64,000 nucleotides of DNA from Eledone cirrhosa (taxonomy: Eukaryota), in NCBI GenBank assembly GCA_964016885.1, contig OZ024753.1, forward strand, positions 19,344,001-19,408,000, in the 5' to 3' direction. Positions within the stretch are counted from its first letter, which is position 1, and each line of letters opens with the position of its first letter. A program made the translations under genes and the position numbers. This document shows positions 19,540 through 33,017 of the stretch, piece by piece. The notes under the pieces are model-generated. The model saw only the letters and a program-made list of their open reading frames with translations. It was not told the origin of the DNA and made no database searches.

Positions 19540-20770
19540 ATCGGCACTCACCGTGGGCACTGACAAGAATGTTTAGAAACAAAGGTGTGAGGATGGGTGT
19601 GTGGCGTCCCTGGGCACGCTTGGAATGGGAGCTCGCCCAAATGACGAGACACTGGCCTTGACGAAGCCTGCTGCTGACCGGCCGCCCCGGTCAGCGCCAG
19701 AGCTGGGCAGGCCGAGGGCGAATGGGGCGAAATAGAACAGCCGCTCCCAGTCACTGGCTCGATTAGGTCTCCGATCCCCGATCTCACTAGCTTTGCCGGC
19801 GTATCTTTCGTCGGTAACCTCGTGTCGCGTCCTCCTCAGCAGGGTTCTTCAAAACACAACAGAACTCTCTGTGTTCAGAGAACGTGAGACCGTCTGTGAG
19901 ACGTGGGGCCGGCTGGGAATTGGCCCAGTAGACGTCCCTCCTCCTTGTCCCCCTGTTGACGTCAAGTCCCCCCTACGCACTTCGGATGCCATCCAGTGCA
20001 GCCTGGCCTCAGACAGGCTCACGCACCAGCTCGACCAGCACCGCGTTGCTTGTTTTCGTGCGGCTTCCAAACCCCACCGTGTTGCCTGGCTCCATACTCT
20101 GCCCTCCTTCTCCACTGGCACGCAGCTAGACAACCAAAGCCTGACAATTGGCGTTTCCCTGAGGCTCGACCTCCGGATCTGCCAGCCACACCAATGTCGC
20201 TGCGGTTCCACCGTGAACTCTTTCGGCCTCCACCCGCTTTCCTGTCGCCACAGTGCCGGCCGCATTCAACGCCATACTGCTCTCAACGAGGTCATTAAGC
20301 ATGGCTTGGACGCTGCAGCCTTCCCTTCCCAGCTCGAGCAGGTGGGGCTGGATCGAGGGGACGGCAAAAGTCCAGATGGCATGACCATCTTCCCGTTCCG
20401 AGGTGGCAAACCCCTCGTCTGGGATGCCACTTGTAACGACACTTTCTGCAGCTGCAACCTGGTGCATCTGCGACTGAACCAGGTTCTGCTGCACGTTGGG
20501 CTGAGGGGGCCAAACTCCTCAAATACCGGTCGGTCTCCGACAGGTTTGCGGTCGTTCCCCTGGCAGTGGAAACTTCTGCTGTCGTCGGCCCCAGGGCTAC
20601 CTCCTTACTCACCACCATAGGCGCTGAGCTGGCCAGCCGTAGGTGTGAGCCCCGCGAGTTGGAGTGGCTTTTCCAGCGCGTCTCCCTTGCCGTCCGCCGG
20701 GGAAACGCCTTCTCCATTCTGTCCGCCGGGGCTGTGGATGAGCCCCATCGCGTACCATTACATTAGTTAA
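19540..20770 (+). mobile_element. CRE-clade-like RLE non-LTR retrotransposon 3' part with an inverted GC-rich 5' piece
   Basis: AWLHTLP, CRCG..GLHPLSC (Zn knuckle), RHTALN, DGKSPDG..LVWDATC (RLE), then VETSAVVG and FQRVSLAVRRGNA; frameshift near 20465. Confidence 0.82.
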
Positions 20771-21849
20771 ATACCATTCTTTCATCCCAGTAGAGTTAAC
20801 TAAAACACTGGGTGGTCAAATCTGGAATACATTTAATCGTTGGCTTTTTATATCACCTTTTCACCTGATGCTATTACAATAATTAAAACAACAACAATAA
20901 CAACTCTTATCGGAATGACACGAAAGGTAAATTTCCAGAGAATACAGCTGTTCCATTTCTTTATCAGACTGCAATGCGACACATATTCTTTCCTTTCTTT
21001 ATAACAGTATACCGCCATCTTTCCGCTCTCCATTCCATTGGTTTTTCTTACGACTAATGTTTCTCTTGTTAAAATATGTGTCATTGTAGTTGTTGTTGTT
21101 ATTGTTGTTATTGTTGTTCTTGTTATACGTGTTGCCTGTTGACGTTTCCTGTAGTGAAGTTGTTTATGACAGCTACAACTTTCTAAACACAGTCATAAGA
21201 ACCTCAATGGCTACATTCTTTACAGAATGTATGTTGTTGATAGTGTGGTGATAGTAATAGTGTTAGTAAAAGTGTTAGTAATAGTGTTAGTATTAGTAAT
21301 AGTGGTAATAGTGTTAGTAATAGCAATAGAGGTAATATTGTTAGTAATAGTGTTAGTAGTAGTGATAGTGGTATTAGTTTTAATAGTCTTAGTAATTCTT
21401 TTATTTATGATTTATTATTAGTATCGTATGAGATATGATGTTGAGAAGATATAAATGGACAATTTGTATTGGTTTTTGACCTCAATCGGAAACCTTTAGA
21501 GTAAGAGAAATTATAATGTTAATTTGATAGAGACACGATTGTTATCATAAAGTTTATCAGTAACCCTTACCTACACCTGCCTCTAATCCAAGATACTATT
21601 TAGCTCCAGGTCAGGTGACCCATCATTAAATCTACTACTGTCACGATAAACCGCTTCTTTCAGATAACATATAATTTTATTTCCTGTCATTTCATTTATT
21701 GAGACATTCTGTTGATATTTGTAGGAATATAGCTGCTATTTCTAACATATTGAGCTAGCACGTGATCACCACAGCTACAACTCACATAGAAGGAAACTAT
21801 GAGGGGGTTTTCCACAGTTTTCTGTCATTTGATATATTTACCTGCTCGG

Positions 21850-22697
21850 AAATAGTATCGGTGGAACATCCACCTCCGCGTTCTATAGAGGGCTAGTAGA
21901 GGGAAAGACCGACGACGTTCTCGGGGAGACCATGGGCGTCGAAGACGATCAGCTGTTTGCTCTCTTCAAGAGAACTTTCAGACTGGGGCCTATGGACAAA
22001 GGTGCTGTCAGCCGAACCTGTTCGAAATGCAGGCAGGGCTACGAAACCGTGCTGCACGCACTCGTTCAGTGACCGAGGATCACTGACTTGTGGAGCTATG
22101 TCGAACAGCTGCTGTCGCGTGTAGGACAGATCCGGTTATCGACCGAGTCCATTGTGCAGATAGTCCCGCCATCATCCTTTAGAGAGGAAGGGCAGGCAGT
22201 TTTCATCTGCCTAGTGGCCATGGCGAAAGAGAGTGTGTGTTGGACAAGGCTGAAAGGGTTGAAGACGGACACTTTCCTCTCCGGCCAATCCCTGATTAAC
22301 ATTTTCAAGTTTCACTTGAAGAGGAAAATCAGGGTGGAGAGTCAAGTGCTATCTTCTAGTAAGTTTGTTGAAAGGTGGGTGAAAGTGGCGAGTCTGGTCC
22401 GAGTGAACGATCCCGCTGTGAGTATACGCCTGTAGACTGAGGGGTAGGAAAAGTGAGAGAGGGCGCTTGTCCTGGTGGTCAGGGTGGCCGCGGTCTTTTG
22501 TGTGGTTTTCACCACGAGTGACCCTCGGAGGTTTCCCCCTTCTTGGAGAATTTTTGTTGTTTGAATTTTTTTTTATTTCTAGCCCGATTTTGTTATAACC
22601 TGTTTACACGACCTAAACCCACTTTTTATCGTCCTGTACTGTTCTGTGCCGTCTCTAATGTTTTTCTTCGTGTCAGCTCTTGTGGCCAATAAAGAAA
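21850..22697 (+). mobile_element. Tx1/L1-clade LINE 3' fragment
   Basis: FYRGLV..CSKCRQGYETVLHALVQ..LWSYVEQLL (zf-RVT-like); 3' UTR ending gccaataaagaaa. Confidence 0.8.
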
Positions 22698-25129
22698 CCA
22701 TTATTATCATCATTATTATTATTATTATAATCATGATTATTTATACTTTAGGCACAATAATTTTTTGACAAATAGAATCAAAGCACAGATTGTCCATCGT
22801 ATATATTGTGTAATTGTTATCGTTGTAGTCAGATTTGTTGGCGTGATTCTTCTTATAGTAAGGTTGCTTCTATAAATATTATACGTGTAAGTTTTTCTCC
22901 TAAAAACAACAGTTTCAGGGTATTTTTCCCTGGTGTATGATTGATTCTATTATCAGTTTCAAGTGTTATTTTAGCTGAACTATCCTAAATAAATATTTAC
23001 TCAGTTTTTCTTTGAATAGCACAATTACCACAATCTGATTTGCACAATATCATTTCTCGATATCAATTGACACCAATCATATAGTGATATATTTCACAAT
23101 GTGATAGATAATTCTGATGCCTACTGACCATCTATGATGTCTTTCTTTACTTAACAGACTGTCACGAGTTGTAAAGTAACATATTCGATCCTACCCTAAA
23201 GGTTAACACATTCTCAAGAGCACAGCTATATTAATATTTCGCATGTTGTAAAATTAAACGTAAACGTGGGAAAGATGATATAAATCGGAGTGGTATGGAA
23301 TAGAAGCAAATAACAATATTGAATTGATCCAAAACAAGCGTTTACTTAAAATTAAGGGAATAAAAACCATGGTTGTATAACGGGAAAGAACTGCTTTTAT
23401 AAAAAGAAGGATCAAATAGCAAGACATAAAATAACATTCAGCTTTTATAATGCAATATCAAGGGAGTGGGCACTTACATTACTCTATATATACTATTGTA
23501 TTTTAATGGTAAAGGATTTACCTCACATAAATATCTCACATATCAAATCTATGAGATGTTGATGTTATTTATTTTAAGAACAATACCTTAACATCAGTAT
23601 GAGTGGCCAGTTATGGCCGGTTTTAACAGAAAGAGGTGAGAGAATTTTGACTGGATATGACCGGTTGAAATTCTAAAGGGTTAAGGCAATTCAAATTTTA
23701 GCGAAATTCAATGCGAAATTTATCCTCAAACAGATCTTTTTTTAATAATGGCTATTGAGAGGGCTTCTTTAAATGCCACAAAGTGCCACATAGTAGTGTG
23801 AAAGTAATTGAGTGCTAAAGTCGGCCAGCCATGTACGCCACAACCTTACTTTAACAGAAAGCGCACATAGTATCCTATTCGACCCTTCTAGTATCTCGAT
23901 TGTTATTTTATCGATACGATGAAAAACAAAATTGACCTCAATGGCCTAAGAAGCTGGAATACCCCAAGGCTCTTTACCCAACATGACAATTCATTTATCT
24001 TGCCGTTTATAAAGTTTCTAAAAGGTTGACATTGGAGACAAATCTATAGAGCTTTAGTTATGTAGAACATTGTAAGAGAATGAATAGGACATTTTAGCAG
24101 AGTTGAGAAACGAACAATAGCATAAACCACAGAATAATGTGGAGTATTCCAAAGGGAATTGTATGTGAGCCCCGTAGTATAACTAAGAAAAGCTATCCAC
24201 ATTTATCCCGATTTAGATATTGCCTCTGACTATCTTGGTTGTATATATGCCAACGACAACCTGAATTGTTAGAGAAGCACCAATGCATGAAATAAAGATA
24301 TTGATCTTTCCTAGGGATACTATTATCGAGATCAGAGTACACACTGAGGTTCACAAGCGTAAAATTACAATTACGTGGATATTAAATTAGATATAATAAT
24401 GTTAGTGATGGAATTTATAGGAATGTTCTCTAAGGAATTGAAGAGATATTTAGTCAATATGTTTAAAGTGATATCAAATCCTACAATATTGATATTGGAG
24501 GATTTAAGAATAAGCAACACAAACAATCATAATAAACTGCAGTGACATCGAACTGCGTCTGGTGGTTTAGAACGTGTATAGAATCGGTGGAAAATTATAT
24601 TATGTTTCTTTTTCTTTTTACTATTTTCACGATAAATGAGCCATCACACACATTATCTGATATGCGTCTGAATGCTTTTGGGGTTTGTCCTCTCTTTCAA
24701 ATGTTTGCAAACGTCGTCTCTCTCTCTTTGTCTAGTCACTGTTCTCACACGTGGATTGTATGGTATTGAAGTCCGAATGGCCGCTTCTGTTAAATTTGTT
24801 TTATGTTTGTTGTTGTTGTTTCTTTCTTCGCTCCTCGGTGTCACTATCGACTGACTGAAGAGGGTTATCTATGTTATAGTCTACACCTAGGGATGAAGAT
24901 ACTTTGATTTCCTCCATCTCCAGTTGAACAGTTGACTCCATATTTCGCTGATATTATCGTTACATTTCTTTCTTCTCAAATCTTCTTCACAGAAATCATT
25001 TGTTGTAGTTTTACTGCCACCTAGGAAGCAAGGAGGATTTCTCCTCCTATGATCCACGACACCTTATTCCTCACGACACTAACCTCAGGACATATTGCGG
25101 ATGTTGTTGCATATATTAAGAATTAATAT

Positions 25130-25345
25130 GTGCGGTTGATTGGAAATGCCAGTAGATCATCGGATGAGATTTGAGGCATATAGTTACAACCCTTTACTTT
25201 TGAGTTCAAAATCTGTTGAGGTTTACTTCGCGTTTCATCCTTGCGGGATCGATAACATAAAACACCAATAGCACACTGGGATCAAGTTAATCGACCCTGC
25301 TCCCCCCAAAATTGTTGACCTCGTGCTTAACTCAGAAACCATTAT
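25130..25345 (+). mobile_element. tRNA/Meta-type SINE
   Basis: gagttcaaaatc...tttcatccttgcgggatcgataacataaaacacca...cactggg. Confidence 0.7.
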
Positions 25346-25644
25346 TAGGAGCTCATGTGTTTATTTATGTCCACAGTAATCTCGGCCAAATCTCGCTGAA
25401 TGATGGACCAGCCACGAACATATCGATTATCCAGATGTCGACATCATAACATATAATGTGATGGGAACAGTTTGTACCTGTATATTGTTTATACTACTTG
25501 GCCATTTCCTGTCTCCTAGTCGTCAGTTTTGTAAACAACGAATGTCATTCTTTGCCATTTTCCTTTCTCAAGGAAACAGAAATTGTTCCAAATATAATTA
25601 TTGAAGACAGTCTCCAACTGATCCTTGGCGGCATTTTGACCTGC

Positions 25645-26215
25645 CCCATCAAAAGAATTGGTGGGAGCATCAACCACCTCCCATACTTGAAAAAGATCAC
25701 ATCTCAATCTTGTGGAACTGTAGCATCCAAACAGACCGAAACATAGATGCAAATAGACCTGATATAATACTGAAGGACTTTAAAAAGAGGGTATGCCTGC
25801 TAATTGATATGTCCGTTCCAATAGACAAGAATGTATCTATAAAAACATTTGAAGAATTGAGCAAGTATAAGGACCTGGATATAGAAATTGGAAAAATGTG
25901 GAAGTTGAGAATTAAAACAATACCAGTGTTTGTAGGCGCTCTAGGAATGATACCTAAGGGGTCTAATGATTACTTATCGCAAATCCCAGGAAACCAGCGG
26001 TATAGGAATAATACAAAAGATAGTACTAATGCGAACTGCCCATATACTAAGGAAGATTTTGTAAATATATGTACATCACAAGTCTAAACACCTAAAGATG
26101 CATGTGTGAGTATGTATGTTCTTTCTTGAACATGGCGGACCTTGTTGTCTCTTGAGGTCACTGGTTGTGACTTGGTGATATCTCGTATGAACATAAAGCA
26201 AGATAAATGCAGCTG
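25645..26215 (+). mobile_element. R4/Dong family B 3' fragment
   Basis: WWEHQPP..LWNCSIQTDRNIDANRPDII..LIDMSVP..KYKDL..VGALG; ends in (TAA)n; second copy at 32176-32665. Confidence 0.88.
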
Positions 26216-26237
26216 TAATAATAATAATAATAATAAT

Positions 26238-27020
26238 ACTGAATTCAGAAATCCACAGACATGGAACTAGTTGAAAAGAGGAGACCTTAAAAAGGCTACA
26301 GAAGGAATGCTAATGGCTGCGCAAGAGCAGGCCCTCAAAACGAAGTGGGTGAAACACCATATTTACAAGAAGGAGGCTCTGTGGAGAGAGAGAGGAGACT
26401 GTGGCTCACATTTTATCCGAGTGTAAACACCTAGCCAGACGCACTATAAAGGCTGGAGACATGATGTGATGGGCAGGGTGATCCACTGGCAGCTATGCAA
26501 AGTAAACAATTTACCACATTCTGAGAAGTGGTATGAGCATAAGCCAGAGTTCTTGATAGAAAACGATCAGGTGAAGGTGCTGTGGGATTTTAGGATACAG
26601 ACGGACAAGAAACTGGACAACAATAGACCTGGCCTGATGGTTTGGGACAAGGAAAAAAGATCGTGCTTGATTGGTTTATGTAGCCTGCCCATTCGACACG
26701 AGAGTGCAAGAGAAGGAGAGGGAGGAAATTAACCGATACCAGGACTTTAAGTGGGAGGTAACAAGGATTTGGAATTACCATGAAGTCAAAGTGGTCCCGA
26801 TTGTCATAGGCGCACGAGTTACTATCTCAAAGAGTTTCCAGGGATGGTTAAAGTATGGTAGTCCCGCCCCGCTTTTTGGAATACTTTAAAAGGCATGCTT
26901 GCTGGGAACAGCAAGAACCCTCCGATACGTCGTGAATATCTGAGGCTGCAGGTAGTGGCTTGATATTCATTTCAACAAACTTTCCAGTTAACTAACATCA
27001 ATGACTGAGACTCAAATAGT
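26238..27020 (+). mobile_element. R4/Dong family A 5'-truncated copy
   Basis: Highly similar to 31245-32045; begins and ends in (TAA)n. Confidence 0.92.
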
Positions 27021-27119
27021 AATAACAATAATAATAATAATAATAATTATTATTATTATTATCATAATTATTATTATTATTATTATTAGAATTATTATTA
27101 TTATTATTATTATTAGAAT

Positions 27120-30100
27120 AGGGAAGAAGATGCACATGGTGGATAGAAGGTCGTGAAATCGCTCCCGTATGTTTTGAATTTTAACATATTTAAATCAATT
27201 GTGAAATAACAATTCTGAGTACAAATGATACATAAAGCATCCGGCTTAAGTCTCAGAAAAATTCGGATCCATAATATATTGTTATATCGCTCAAATATTC
27301 AATGTTGTAGTATACATTTTATATTCAAAAAAGAAAATGGTTATAAATGGAAGAAAACCCCCTCTGTCTACACTATATAGAACAGCCAAATAACAGCAAT
27401 TTCACCAACACCAGAAAGTAGATACACCACCTACCCCATCACCCCTCTGTGTACACTAAATACAACAGACAGATAACGGCAATTTCACCACCACAACCAC
27501 CAATCTCAGCATAATAATAATAATTACTATTATTATTGTCTCAAGTTTTAACAAAATGTTTATTCCAATATTAAGAAAATATGTCAACACATATACGCGA
27601 ATAACCCCATAGATGCACCGATCAAACAAAAATACAATCTATTCAACAAAACTCAGTAACGACAACGCCATCACTACAGCCACCGCCGCCGCCACCCATC
27701 CATCATTACTACCACTATCCCATCACCGCCGCCACCACTCCTTCATTGCTACCACCGCTATCCCCCCATTACCTTCTGTTAACTTACGAAAGGGGAAGGT
27801 GGCGGTATCACTAGACAATATTAATAAACAAGATTAATATTTAATTTTGGATCAGGAATGTTAGAGTCGAAAAGGAGAAAAATGACAAAATGACTAAATA
27901 ACTAATGATAATTTCACCACCAACACCACCACCACTACCACGATGAAAACTCTGGTCAAGTCGACTCAAACGCTATTTCTACTCCAACTTCAACACCATC
28001 ACTACAGTACTACGATCACATCACCACCACCACTGCCTCATTATCGCTACCGCCGCTATTCTCTCCCACTACCTCCTGCTAGTTGCTGCTAGCACAGCAC
28101 CGCCACCACCACCACTGCATCATTATCACTTACGCCCGCTATTCTCCCCCACTACCCCCTGCTACATCGTAGTGCCCCCACTAAAAGAGAAAGGCATCAA
28201 AATATATAAATAGACTGAATTGATGACCCGGTCAAAATCAAAAAAACAAAAATCAAAATCAAAGCAGCACAGCAACAAAGAAAAACGTAAAGAAAAGAAA
28301 AATGAAGAGAAAAACAAACAGACGGACAGAGAAGGGAAGGAAAAAACTAAGTCAATAATTCAAACATTACATTACAATGAAACTTATGCTTATTCATTTT
28401 GGGGGTTTTTTTTGCCTGTTTGTTTGTTTGTTTATTTATGTTCGTCTACAGCGTGATAATGCCACACAAAAATCACGTGGAGTGAAGAAATCACTGGAGG
28501 TGATGAAATCACCGGTGGTTATGTAACCATACATTCTCCAATCCTCGATAAGAGTGTTTAAATGTCGAACATAAACAGTTCGAATAATGGTGAAATGGAG
28601 ACTAGAATGTGACAGACTCTCACCCAACAGGTGCTCCCTGGCTCAGCAGCAGGGACCTGGTTGTCAACCAAATGCTGCTGGTGTCGGAGGAAGAAGAAGA
28701 AGGAAAGGGACCAAAACCAACTGGACGAAAGAATTGAATAGAACTGTTATGCAATGTTACCTGAAGAGTAACCCCAAGGAGAAAGGCTATAGGAAACGGA
28801 TGCATAACATCTGGAACGAGATTGGTCTATTTAAATTAGATGAACAAAAATTGGACGGGCAGGCGTGGGTAATAAGAACTAATGGATGGATAAGCGAGCT
28901 GGAACTGGAGGAACTGAGCAGAGAGATTAGCTTGGAGATGGAGAGTGGAGTATGCCAGGCAAACGAGCCAGTGGGAATGAAGGTGAAGACGTCGAGAGAA
29001 CGGAGGAACGACCCGAAGCAGACAATGATCTGAATGCTGAGATAAATAATACCTGGAACAGAGATACGGCCACTGAGGAGATGAATGCTGACGCGCTAGG
29101 ACAAGATTTGGTTGATATCCTAATCTTAGTGGTAGATGAATTGAACAATGATAGTGGGAGACCTATGGACCTAAGATTTGTAGACAGGAAGAAGTTAAAA
29201 GAAACAACAGCTAAGGTAAACAAAGTCATCCCATTCCTTGAGGCGAGGATCCTTCACCAGTGCAACAATATCCTCAAAGCAATAGCAAATACGGTGAGGA
29301 AAAAACTTGGTATAAAAGCGAGAGGAAACAACAGAGTAGAAAGAGCAGAGCATTGGTGGAAGAAACGACTGAGTGGTCAAATCAGGGAAATGAGAAATGA
29401 CATTGGAATGCTTGAGTCCCTACTGAATGGGACACTAAAAAACATAGACACTAAAAATAGACCGGAAATAAAGTACAAAACTAGGAGGAAAAAGCTAAAT
29501 ATTATCATAGAGGAACTGAAGCAACGCATTGTAGCAAAGAGTGCAAAAATCAGGCGATACGAGAACAGAGTCAGTCAGTATAGACAGAACCGCATGTTCG
29601 ACAACAACCAGAAGATGATGTTTTGGACAGCTTGAAGGGAAAGAAAGTGGCAACGACTTGATCCCTGAGGCGGAACAAACTAAACCATTCTGGAGAGGAA
29701 TATGGGAGCAGGGTGTTATACATAATGACCAGGCAGTGTGGATTGAGACAGTACAGAAGGAGATTAGTGAACAGGCACACCAACAAACTGATTTGAGTAT
29801 CACAGTTGAAACTCTTAATGGGCAGGCCAAAAAACTAACCAACTGGAAATCACCAGGCCCAGATGGTGTGCAGGGGTATTGGATTAAAATTATAACATCC
29901 CTCCACCCGAAACTGACAACCATGTTCAATGACTGCTTGATGTCAGGTGAGGCACCAGAGTGGTTGACAAAAGGTACCACAGTTCTGATTATGAAAGACC
30001 GCATCAAGGGTAATGATGTTATCAACTATAGACCTATCACATGTCTGTCCGTAATGTGGAAACTGTTGACAAGCATTATGTCTGAGGAAATCTACCATCA

Positions 30101-32045
30101 CCTCCACACTAACAACTTGTTACCGGACGAACAGAAAGGATGCCGAAAGAAGTCACGTGGTACAAAGGACCAGTTACTTATTGATAAGATGGTAATGAGG
30201 AATTGCAAGAGGAGACACACTGGTCTTTGCCATGGGATGGATAGACTACAAAAAGGCATTTGACATGGTGCCTCATTCTTGGATCACCAACATCCTGGAG
30301 ATCTTCAAGGTGGCAGATAACATCAGACAGTTGTTGGGCAAAAGTATGAAGTCCTGGGAAACAGAGTTCACATCAACTGGAGAATCCTTGGGAAGCGTGA
30401 AGATCAAGAGGGGTATCTTCCAGGGAGATAGTCTGTCCCCTCTGTTGTTTGTCCTTGCCCTGATGCCCCTGACCAGTGTACTGCGAAAAGTGAGAGCAGG
30501 ATACAGGTTGGGAAAGGGAGGGCTTACCATCAATCACCTCCTCTTCATGGACGATCTTAAGCTCTTCGGGAAGAGTGAGAAGGAGTTGGATGTGCTTGTT
30601 GACACTGTCCGGATTTTCAGCAATGATATATGTATGCAATTTGGTATTAGTAAGTGTGGAGTCATTGTGATGAAGAGGGGTAAGTTGAGCAGAAGTAACG
30701 GAATCCAGATACCAACAGGTAAGATGACAAAGAAAATTGACTCCGAATAAGGATACAAGTATTTGGCTGATGACATCAAGAACAAAAATATGAAGGAATT
30801 GATGAGAACTGAATACATTCGGAGTGTAAGGAGCGTATTAAAGTCACATCTGAACAGTAGGAATGCCATAAGTGCAGTAAATTCCCGAGCTGTGTCTACG
30901 ATTAGGTACAGTGAGGGAATTCTGAGATGGAATGTTGCTGAACAAAAAGAAATGGATAGGAAGACTAGGAAGCTATTGACTATCTACAGCATGTTCCACA
31001 AGATTGATGTCGATAGACTCTACTTAAGGAGATCTGAAGGTGGAAGAGGTCTTATCAGCATAGAGGACTGTGTTCAGATGGAGAAAAACATCCTACACAA
31101 ATACGTGACTGATAGTAAGGAGCCAATGCTCAGAACTGTAGTGAAGGAGGGGACAATAGGCCAGGGGATGTCCAAGGAGGAAATAACATCAAGGAGAAAG
31201 AGCAACCTTCAGGAAAAATCCCTTCATAGTACCTTCTTTGAGAAAACTGAATTTAGAGATCCACAGACATGGAACTGGTTGAAAAGAGGAGACCTTAAAA
31301 AGGCTACAGAGGGAATGTTAATGGCTGCGCAGGAGCGGGCCCTCAAAACGAAGTGGTTGAAACACAACATTTACAAGGAGGAGGCTAGCCCACTGTGCAG
31401 GATCTGTGGAGAGAGAGAGGAGACTGTGGCTCACATTGTATCCGAGTGTAAACACCTAGCCCAGACTCACTATAAGGGCTGGAGACATGATGTGATGGGC
31501 AGGGTGATCCACTGGCACCTATGCAAAGTAAACAATTTACCACATTCTGAGAAGTGGTATGAGCATAAGCCAGAGGCGGTGATAGAAAACGATCAGGTGA
31601 AGGTGCTGTGGGATTTTAGGATACAGACGGACAAGAAACTGGAACACAATAGACCTGACCTGGTGGTTTTGGACAAAGAAAAAAGATCGTGTCTGATTGT
31701 GGATGTGGCCTGCCCGTTCGACACGAGAGTGCAAGAGAAGGAGAGGGAGAAAATTAACCGATACCAGGACCTAAAGTGGGAGGTGAAAAGGATTTGGAAC
31801 TGCCATGAAGTCAAAGTGATCCCGATTGTCATAGGCGCACTGGGGACTATCTCCAAAGGTTTCCAGGGATGGTTAAAGAAAATCGGCCCCTTCACGCTTT
31901 TTGGAACGCTTCAAAAGGCATGCTTGCTTGGAACAGCAAGAACCCTCCTATACGTCCTGAATATCTGAGGCTGCAGGTAGTGACTTGATATTCATTCCAA
32001 CGGACTTTCCAGTTAACCAACATCAATGACTGAGATTCAAGGAAT
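27120..32045 (+). mobile_element. Full-length R4/Dong-type RLE non-LTR retrotransposon, copy 1 (ORF ~28587-31968, disrupted)
   Basis: WTKELN..CY N-terminus; RT motifs WKSPGPDG, RPITCL, EQKG, GIFQGDSLSPLLF, LFMDDLKLF; CRICG..HIVSEC knuckle; RHD/RPD/KINRY RLE; (TAA)n tail. The 5' UTR is homologous to 33018-34090. Confidence 0.95.
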
Positions 32046-32069
32046 AACAACAATAATAATAATAATAAT

Positions 32070-32165
32070 AATTGTTTCTACTTTAGGCACAAGGCCAGCA
32101 ATTATCCAGTGCATTACTGGTACTTTATTTTATCGACCCCGTAAGGATGAAAGGCAAAGTCAATA
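32070..32165 (-). mobile_element. Meta-type SINE 3' fragment
   Basis: ctggtactttattttatcgaccccgtaaggatgaaaggcaaagt. Confidence 0.75.
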
Positions 32166-32175
32166 ATAATAATAA

Positions 32176-32664
32176 TAGCATCCAAACAGACCGAAAAATA
32201 GATGCAAATAGACCTGATATAATATTGAAGGACTTTCAAAGGAGGGTATGCCTGCTAATTGATATGTCTGTTCCAATAGACAAGAATGTATCTATAAAAA
32301 CATTTGAAAAATTGAGCAAGTATAAGGACCTGGAGATAGAAATTGGAAAAATGTGGAAATTGAGAACTAAAACAATACCAGTGGTTGTAGGCGCTCTGGG
32401 AATGATACCTAAGGGGTCTAACGACTACTTATCGCAAATCCCAGGAAACCCGCGTATAGGAGAAATACAAAAGATAGTACTAATGGGAACTGCCCATATA
32501 CTAAGGAAGATCCTGTCAATATAAGTACATCACAAGTCTAAACACTAAGAATGTATGTGTGAATATGTATGTTCTTTCTTGAACATGGCGGACCTTGTTG
32601 TCTCTTGAGGTCACTGGTTGTGACTTGGTGATAACTCGTATGAACATAAAGCAAGATAAATGCA

Positions 32665-32665
<1 letters not shown>
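32176..32665 (+). mobile_element. R4/Dong family B 3' fragment
   Basis: SIQTDRKIDANRPDIIL..EKLSKYKDLEIEI..QKIVLMGTAHILRKILSI; (TAA)n flanks. Confidence 0.9.
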
Positions 32666-32714
<49 letters not shown>

Positions 32715-33017
32715 GAGTGGCTGCCTTTAAACTTTTGATCTGAACGTTGTTTACCGTTTCAAGGTCGAAAATTTCCATAATTTTCCTTTGGTGGGGAAGC
32801 GATTTTTTTTCGAAGATTTTAAAAAATAAATCTGAATATTCGGGCTTAAAGCCCGAATATTGAGAGGTATCCCTGTCTTTAAATCAAGATGTGTATCTTC
32901 AGTTTCGTTAATGACAAGAAAATACAAAAAAAAGACACTTTAAAACAGCTTAAAGCTACGAACCTTTTCCCCGCAGACTTGTCTGTCTTCACACATGTGC
33001 GGCCATGATAATAATAA

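Noticed and set aside
21227-21421. Val/Ile-rich transmembrane-like ORF
   Set aside because: Degenerate (TAG/TAA/GTG) simple repeat.
24778-24854. Signal-peptide-like ORF MAASVKFVLCLLLLF...
   Set aside because: Stops after 25 codons, is partly a (TTG)n run, and has no convincing splice donor.
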